Shown here one piece after another: positions 57,300 to 64,000 of a stretch of DNA of 64,000 nucleotides (its first letter is position 1; every line of letters starts with the position of its first letter). This stretch comes from Selaginella moellendorffii (taxonomy: Eukaryota > Plantae > Lycopodiophyta): NCBI RefSeq assembly GCF_000143415.4, contig NW_003314333.1, forward strand, positions 757,207-821,206, read 5' to 3'. The notes beneath the pieces were generated by a model. That model searched no databases and was not told the DNA's origin. It saw only the letters and a list, made by a program, of their open reading frames with translations. Position numbers and translations under genes: made by a program.

Positions 57300-59612
57300 T
57301 CATATTTTTCTTAGCAATCTTGGAGAACGAGGACGCTCCTCACAATAAATCTTCTCCTGGATGCTGAAAGATGGAGAGCTTCTTCCACTCTTGACGTTGT
57401 AAGCCCCCTGTCCTGGAGAACGAGGACGCTCCTCACGAGAAATCTTCCCCCGGATGCTGAAAGAGCTTCTTCGGCTTCTCTGCTGGACTGGAAGCTTTCC
57501 CCGGATGCTAAACTCCGGACTCACCCGGCCTAGTTTCGGGCAGTACGCTCCGGACCCTGGAAAATCATTCCATTCGTTGTTCTTCACCGGGCCATACATC
57601 GTAAATGATGGACTCGTTGGCCTGGAAGAGATAGTATACGCTCCAGGTCCCGGAGAGCTGCTCCTGGAAGTGGAAGAAGCCGGGCTACTAAGTCGGCCGT
57701 GCATGCTGAAGGAAGGACCGTCCATGGAAGATCTCGAGGTGTAGGAGCCGGGGCCGGGGGTGTCACGTCCTGATAACTCTTCTCGCATCCTGTGCTGCGG
57801 ACTGTATGATCCCGGGCTGGGAGAGTTTGGAGTTCTTGGTGAGCTTTGTCTCGACTGCATGGTGAAAGCCGGGCCTCTGGGAAGCCGCACAGAGTAAGTA
57901 CCGGGGCCTGGAACATCGCTTTCTCGTGGAGACGTCGCCTTGCCAGTGATGGTGAAAGCTGGTAGACCATAGCCGATGGTTCCATTCTCGTACTTGTAGG
58001 CTCCGGGACCGGGACTTCTCGAGCGGGGTGACGAGTCTCGGGGCTTGCCAGTGATTGAAAAATGCGGGCCGTGTGGCTTCCCTATGATCCTGTACGCTCC
58101 TGGCCCTGGATTTTCTGTTTTGTCCTCCGGAACAAAACGGCGAGTGCCGAGAGAGAAGGATGGCGAGCTCGGCCTCGACACAACGTCGTAAGTTCCTGGT
58201 CCTGGAAAGTTCTCCTTTGGACGTAATGGAATCCTGGACTTGATAGTTATCCAGGGACCGTTTGTTTGAAACTCGGCGTCCTGGTGTTCTCCCGGTCCCG
58301 GAGTTGGATCTGGTTGTGGAGGACCCGACGGCCGCCTCGGAGATAAACTGGATCTTCTCCTGGAGCTGGAACCTCTCCTGTCTAGATTGCCAGAGTCCCT
58401 TCTTCCTGACTCCCCTCTCTCTGGATTGAAAGCCGGATCATCCGGTTCCGGCATCAAGAAGGTCCCCGTCTTTGTGATCTTGTAAGCCGGTCCTTTCGGA
58501 TTCACCTTGACGATGAAGTAGCCAACTTCCTTTTTCTTCTCCTTCTTCTTCTTCGGCAGATGCTCGGGCCTGTAGCTGGAATAAACCCCGTGACCAGGAA
58601 CGTTTGCATGAGCATTCAACGAACCTTCAACCGCTGTCTTGGTCCAGCTAGTGTTTGTCTCTCGCATCGGGCCGGCACCTTTGCCTAGGACGGACAACAA
58701 AGAAGCAAATGGCTTCGGGCTGTGAGCTCTGGGAGGCGAGTTAAACCGCGGCGCCATGGTGTAAGCCGGACCACCAAAAGTTCCTGGAAGATTGTGCTGC
58801 CCCGGCCCGGGACTCCGGTCCTTTGCAGCGTCTCTAAACCGAGGAGACATCGTGTAGCCTGGACCGTCCGGCCTCCTCTTTACGTAGTGTGCTCCTGGTC
58901 CGGGATTGTGAGACCTCTTGCCATCGCCAAGCCGGCTTCCCATCGAGAAAGCTGGCGAAGATGGCTGGGACTTCGGCGAGTACCATCCCGGCCCCGGTCC
59001 CGGCGATGACGATCCTCCACGCAAAGTAGCCGGCTTTCCAAAGTTCGTGGAAACCAAACTGGATGTGTCTAGCGCGACGTTCTTGGAGCTGGAAGTTTGT
59101 GTCGATTTCTCTGCCATGGTTGTGATCGGGAGCTTTAGAGGCTCGAGCTTCTTGGACTGGACGCTGGCACCATCCTGCTTCTCAGAGATCCCACTGCTCC
59201 TATAGCTAATCACCGGTACTCTAGTTGACAAGCTCTTGTTCCCCATGCTAGTGTGAGAGTTCCTGGAGCTCACCAGAGAGTTGCTGCTGCTACCATGGAA
59301 GAAAAATGGTGGTGGAGGAGGAAGAACCTCTATCTCGTCAAGCTCGCAAAGCTTAGCTCGAAAGAATCCACTCCCTCCTAAAATCTCTGGCCTGGGGACG
59401 CTGTTGTGGAGGAGCCTGGGATGAAATACAGTGCTGCCTCGACAAGAAGGATCGCAAGCCTGTGAGAGATTGCCTGCTACTCGTCTCGGAGAGCTTGTGA
59501 TTCCAATTCCAGCACTGCTCCAAGCGGATCTGGGAGTGGTGCCGCCGCCGCCACCGCCGCCGTCCCAGTTCGTGTCGTGACCACTGCGCCAAAGAGCTGG
59601 CAGTTTGATCAT
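57300..59612 (-). CDS. Sperm-tail PG-rich repeat (SHIPPO/ODF3-like) protein, probably 3'-truncated
   Basis: About 14 P-G-P-G-x-Y/H...P-x-F/Y-S/T repeats with roughly 35-aa periodicity; intronless; the last residues (RLLRKI*) are read from unrelated AT-rich DNA. Confidence 0.82.
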   Translation of the reverse strand: MIKLPALWRSGHDTNWDGGGGGGGTTPRSAWSSAGIGITSSPRRVAGNLSQACDPSCRGSTVFHPRLLHNSVPRPEILGGSGFFRAKLCELDEIEVLPPPPPFFFHGSSSNSLVSSRNSHTSMGNKSLSTRVPVISYRSSGISEKQDGASVQSKKLEPLKLPITTMAEKSTQTSSSKNVALDTSSLVSTNFGKPATLRGGSSSPGPGPGWYSPKSQPSSPAFSMGSRLGDGKRSHNPGPGAHYVKRRPDGPGYTMSPRFRDAAKDRSPGPGQHNLPGTFGGPAYTMAPRFNSPPRAHSPKPFASLLSVLGKGAGPMRETNTSWTKTAVEGSLNAHANVPGHGVYSSYRPEHLPKKKKEKKKEVGYFIVKVNPKGPAYKITKTGTFLMPEPDDPAFNPERGESGRRDSGNLDRRGSSSRRRSSLSPRRPSGPPQPDPTPGPGEHQDAEFQTNGPWITIKSRIPLRPKENFPGPGTYDVVSRPSSPSFSLGTRRFVPEDKTENPGPGAYRIIGKPHGPHFSITGKPRDSSPRSRSPGPGAYKYENGTIGYGLPAFTITGKATSPRESDVPGPGTYSVRLPRGPAFTMQSRQSSPRTPNSPSPGSYSPQHRMREELSGRDTPGPGSYTSRSSMDGPSFSMHGRLSSPASSTSRSSSPGPGAYTISSRPTSPSFTMYGPVKNNEWNDFPGSGAYCPKLGRVSPEFSIRGKLPVQQRSRRSSFSIRGKISREERPRSPGQGAYNVKSGRSSPSFSIQEKIYCEERPRSPRLLRKI

Positions 59613-59874
59613 CTTTGCTACCCAAGGCGCCCATCAATGGGGCTTTTTTTCCACAGATTGTTCTTCCTATCAGAGGTTCTTGATGAAATGGATTGAATCG
59701 AAGCCGAGAGAGCCGCAAGAATCTCACCTGGGATCATCCGCGACGGCCGCAATGCGAACAGCGCTCCTCCTAGGGCTTTTTGGGCGGGAGTGCAAGCGCT
59801 GCGTAAATGCCGACGTGGCAAAAGCTTAGAACCCTAAAATCTTCTTTCTTTCTAGGGCTTTTGGTCTCGCGACG

Positions 59875-62131
59875 ATGCTGAAGAGAAAGGATTCGATGGC
59901 GAGGAACGAGGGCGAGAAGATGGAGATTATGCCTCTGGGAGCTGGAAGCGAGGTCGGCCGATCGTGCTGCCACATGACTTACAAGGGAAAGACGATTCTG
60001 GTGAGTGGATTTCGAGATTTCTTTCTTTCGAGCAAGGAAATGTGAAATGTGAGTGCTTACCTGCCCAGTTCGACTGTGGAATCCATCCCGGGTACACTGG
60101 AATGGCCGCGTTGCCGTATTTCGATGAGATTGATCCGTCGACAATCGACGTGCTGTTAGTAACTCAGTAAGGATTTTCCTTTTCGTTTCCTTTTATTGTT
60201 CTACTCTTCGTGATCTCTGTTCCAGCTTTCATCTCGATCACGCGGCCTCGCTTCCATATTTTCTGGAGAAGGTACTTGAGTTCTCTTTTGCGAGGCTGGT
60301 TTATAAAGTTTTGTCTCTCAGACCACATTCAAAGGCCGAGTGTTCATGACACACGCAACCAAAGCCATTTACAAGCTTTTGCTCACGGACTATGTCAAGA
60401 TCAGCAAAGGGTCTGTCGAAGACATGCTGTATGACGAGCAAGACGTGCTGAAAACCATGGACAAGATCGAGGTATGTGTGGTGCTACCTGAGATCACATC
60501 ACTTACGGTGCTTACAGGTTATAGACTTTCACCAAACTATGGAGGTGAATGGGATACGCTTCTGGTGCTACACCGCGGGACATGTCCTCGGGGCAGCGAT
60601 GTTCATGGTGGATATAGCCGGTATCCGGGTCTTATACACAGGAGACTACTCCAGAGAAGAGGATCGCCACCTCAAAGCCGCGGAAATGCCAGAGTTTTCT
60701 CCAGACGTCTGCATCATAGAGTCGACTTATGGCGTTCAGATTCATCAGCCGCGACACGTCCGGGAGAAGAGGTTTACGGAGACTATAGCACAAACCGTGT
60801 CTCACGGAGGCAGAGTTCTCATTCCGGCTTTCGCTCTAGGACGAGCACAGGAGCTTCTGTTGATTCTAGACGAGTACTGGGAGGCTCACCCGGAGCTGCA
60901 ACACATCCCGATCTACTATGCTTCACCGCTAGCCAAGAAGTGCATGGCGGTCTATCAGACTTACATCAATTCCATGAACGACAAGATCAAGTCTCAGTAC
61001 GAGAACTCGAATCCCTTCAACTTCAAGCATATCTCTCCTCTCAAGAGCATCGAGCAGTTCGAAGATGTCGGGCCTTCGATTGTTATGGCTAGTCCAAGCG
61101 GTTTGCAGAGCGGGCTCTCTCGTCAGCTATTCGACCGCTGGTGTCAGGACAGGAAGAACGCTTGCGTGATACCGGGTTACGTTGTGGAAGGGACACTTGC
61201 AAAGACTATACTCAACGAGCCGAAGGAAGTTGCCCTCGTCAGTGGCCTCGTAGTTCCGCTCAACATGAGGGTGGTGTACATCTCTTTTTCGGCACACGCG
61301 GACTTTGCTCAGACCAGCGCCTTCTTAGGGGAACTAAGGCCTCCGCACATTGTTCTCGTTCATGGAGAGCAGAACGAGATGGGCCGTCTAAAGGTCAAGT
61401 TACAGGCGCAGTTTGCAGAACAAAACGTCAAGATAAACTCGCCAAAGAACTGCCAACCCGTGGAGTTTTTTTTCAAAGGAGAGAAAGTTGCAAAGGCTGT
61501 TGGTAGGCTGGCGGAGAAAACACCAGACGAGGGGGGCGCAGTGAGCGGCCTGCTGATCAAGAAGAGCTTCACGTACCAGCTGATGGCTCCGGACGACCTT
61601 CATGTTTACACACAGCTTTCCAGGGGCAGCATCCAGCAGAGGCTCTCAGTCCCATACGACGGCGCATTTGTTGTGCTGCGACACAGGATTGAGCAGATGT
61701 ACGACGGCGTGGAACACGTTACAAAGGCCGAGAGCCAGACACTGAGGATCCATGACAAGGTGACGATTTCTCAGGAGTCAAACGAGCATGTGGTCCTCCA
61801 GTGGGTGTCCGATCCAGTGAGCGACATGATAGCGGATTCAATAATTGCGATCATCACGAAGATGGATCCTCGCTTGCTGACGGACGCCAATGGTCTGCCG
61901 AAGATTGAGGAGGATCTTACGGTTGTCCAGTCGCTGCTCACGTCTTTGTTTGGAGACGTCAAAGTAGACGAGGAAGGGAAGAAGCTCGTGATTTCTGTGG
62001 ACGGAGTTGCTGCCACTGTGGACTACACCAGCCGCAGCGTCGAGTGTGACGACGACAATCTCAAAGAACGCATCAAATCTGCTCTTCACAGAATGCATAA
62101 TGTTCTACACCCTCTGGCGATTGAAAGCTGA
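59875..62131 (+). CDS. CPSF73: Cleavage and polyadenylation specificity factor 73 kDa subunit (CPSF3)
   Basis: [61 protein letters not shown] (metallo-beta-lactamase/beta-CASP); short 5' introns and a large last exon. Confidence 0.96.
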
Positions 62132-64000
62132 TCCAACACACCTGGTCCTTCATGTGCTCGGTACGTTTTGTGATCATCATCGCAGCAACAAAATCCATGA
62201 CTTTTAAGGTACGTTTTTTTCTGTTTTCTAGACTAAGACGGGATAGCGACGCGGTGTTGTTTGATCTTGCAGTCTGGAGTTATGCGCCCGACCCCGACTT
62301 GCCGACTTTTTAAGATCTGGCATGGTATCGTTTCTTACTCAACCGGCACCTTTCACCATCTGTGCAAGATCATAAGCTCGTCGTTGCTGACCTGTGTTGA
62401 TGTTCTCGACAAGTGTTTTTTATATTCGAAGAGGTGGGGAATTATGCTTACAACCACAAACGACTGCCGCTGCACTGGTGTTTCACACTACTCCAGATTA
62501 AAAGATAAAAAAACGAAGGAAAAGGTATGTCTTTTAAACTTCCGTCAGGAGAAACGCATTTTGATATTATTGTTCATTCCTGTCAATGCAGCGCAGTGTT
62601 GGCGCGTTGGTTTCCACCACCATCGCATGGACTGCGGACTGGAAACTCTCGTGAAGCCCATGAAGTGGAATCCGACGGCATTCAGGCGTCGTCTAGTGGA
62701 GTTACAGGTAACTTTCTTCCCACCTAGCAATGTTCCAGCAGATGCTTCGCTTTTGGATCCTCCGATTTGGGGCCCCGGAATGTAGGAGTGCGTTCCGCGA
62801 CGCGGTCAGAGCGATATCCGGAAGACTGGACGGACGGCTTTTCTTTTCCACAGGTGAGCTGTGCTGTGTCGCTTTGTTTCATTCCAAGTGAAACTTATCT
62901 CGTTTTGCGGTGCTTGTTTCTGTAGGAAAGAAATCGTAGCGAGCACAGCACAAGAGGTTCTCTCTATAATGGTAGAGATGCCAGAAGCTCCAGAGGGACT
63001 GCCAGGAGGTATAATTTTTGGAGCAGTGGCACTGTGGCAGTAGCTCACAGGGCAGGCCAGGCCAACAAGGAAAGCATCTGTGTTGGAAATGACGCTGAAA
63101 GGATTGGATTTATTCCTTCGTGCTCGAGCACATGGATGAAAGAGGTCGACGGGTATGGAAAAAAGAAGATGGTATATACAAATCTAAGCTCTAAGATCTA
63201 AGATCTAATGTAATGTCCAGGGATCGATCTGGAAGTTTGGGAGAGAGGATAAAAAGATATCATACTACTACTTCAGAGTACATTATAGTTACGTCTAAAG
63301 ATATTCTTCCATTCCAGACAGACAAAGAAGGGATTGTGCTTTGCTTGGAGAGAGATCCTTTGGGAAAGATTCGAACCGGCGACCTCGGCGCTAGCAATCA
63401 TGGGATCTCCACAATCTCCGACAGTAATTAGCAGCAGTTGTTTGCTCTAATTGCCCACGCTAACGGGCAGGGTAGTGAAAGTTTTGGATTGGTCCGGTCA
63501 ATTTAGTTGGGTGCGAGCCACTGTGGACCAGACACGTGTCACCACCCGCTGGTCCCTGTCGCAGCGGTGGGGGTTTTTATTTTTTACTGTGGTGGCGTAA
63601 ATTCAAATCCAAGGCCAGGATCAACGGCTATCAATGTTTCACCGTTGACGGTTTCATCCGGCCCGTCAACCATGAGAGGACCGGCCGGCCTTCAAATCTT
63701 TTTACCCGCCCGCAGTAAAATCGTTTGCTGGTTCGGAGCTCGTGCCTCGGTGCCGAGCCTGGCCCGAGCTTTTGGCTATGGCTGTATTTGGAAATAGTTT
63801 TTATTTTAGTGTTCTGTGCATAGGGTTTGTGTGGTGTGTGGAGAAAATGTGAGAAGAGGATTGCTCGGGGATCTCGTCTATCTGCGAATCGCGAGAATGT
63901 CTGGATTCTAGGATGGTGAAATTTCGTCACAGATGACTACGCCGCGGCTGGATTCAAGAAAATTCTCCGGGAATCGGCAGCGCGAGCTCGGCGATGATGA

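Noticed and set aside
63933-64000. Possible start of the next gene (MTTPRLDSRKF...)
   Set aside because: Too short at the window edge to support.

Overview
Gene-dense plant nuclear DNA with very short introns (about 50-85 nt). These introns, a PLS-PPR gene built from short motifs and a sperm-tail (SHIPPO/ODF3-like) gene point to a lycophyte, most likely Selaginella (inference). Housekeeping and regulatory genes: mitochondrial RPL12 (partial), MTP1 Zn transporter, a 2H-phosphoesterase-like membrane protein, kinesin-4, a DUF547 protein, two divergent ATL RING-H2 ligases, a Q-rich class-A ARF, SDE2, RCE1/UBC12, an Atg15-like lipase and CPSF73. Accessory regions: a decayed AT-rich transposon-like block (8.7-14.5 kb), an inverted UGT/PPR duplication (14.8-27.2 kb), a fungal-like Mug135-type small gene, a decayed Crinkler/RHS-type NTPase-nuclease gene and a shattered SHIPPO locus (50.7-59.6 kb). 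The standout lies inside that locus: a secreted 3-exon BURP-domain gene (51678-53831) with 24 copies of a near-invariant GGNAHFGD motif separated by variable spacers. It has the layout of a fused, self-processing plant RiPP (burpitide) precursor, but its putative core has no Tyr or Trp and its BURP domain is atypically shortened. All family assignments come from motif recognition; no searches were run.
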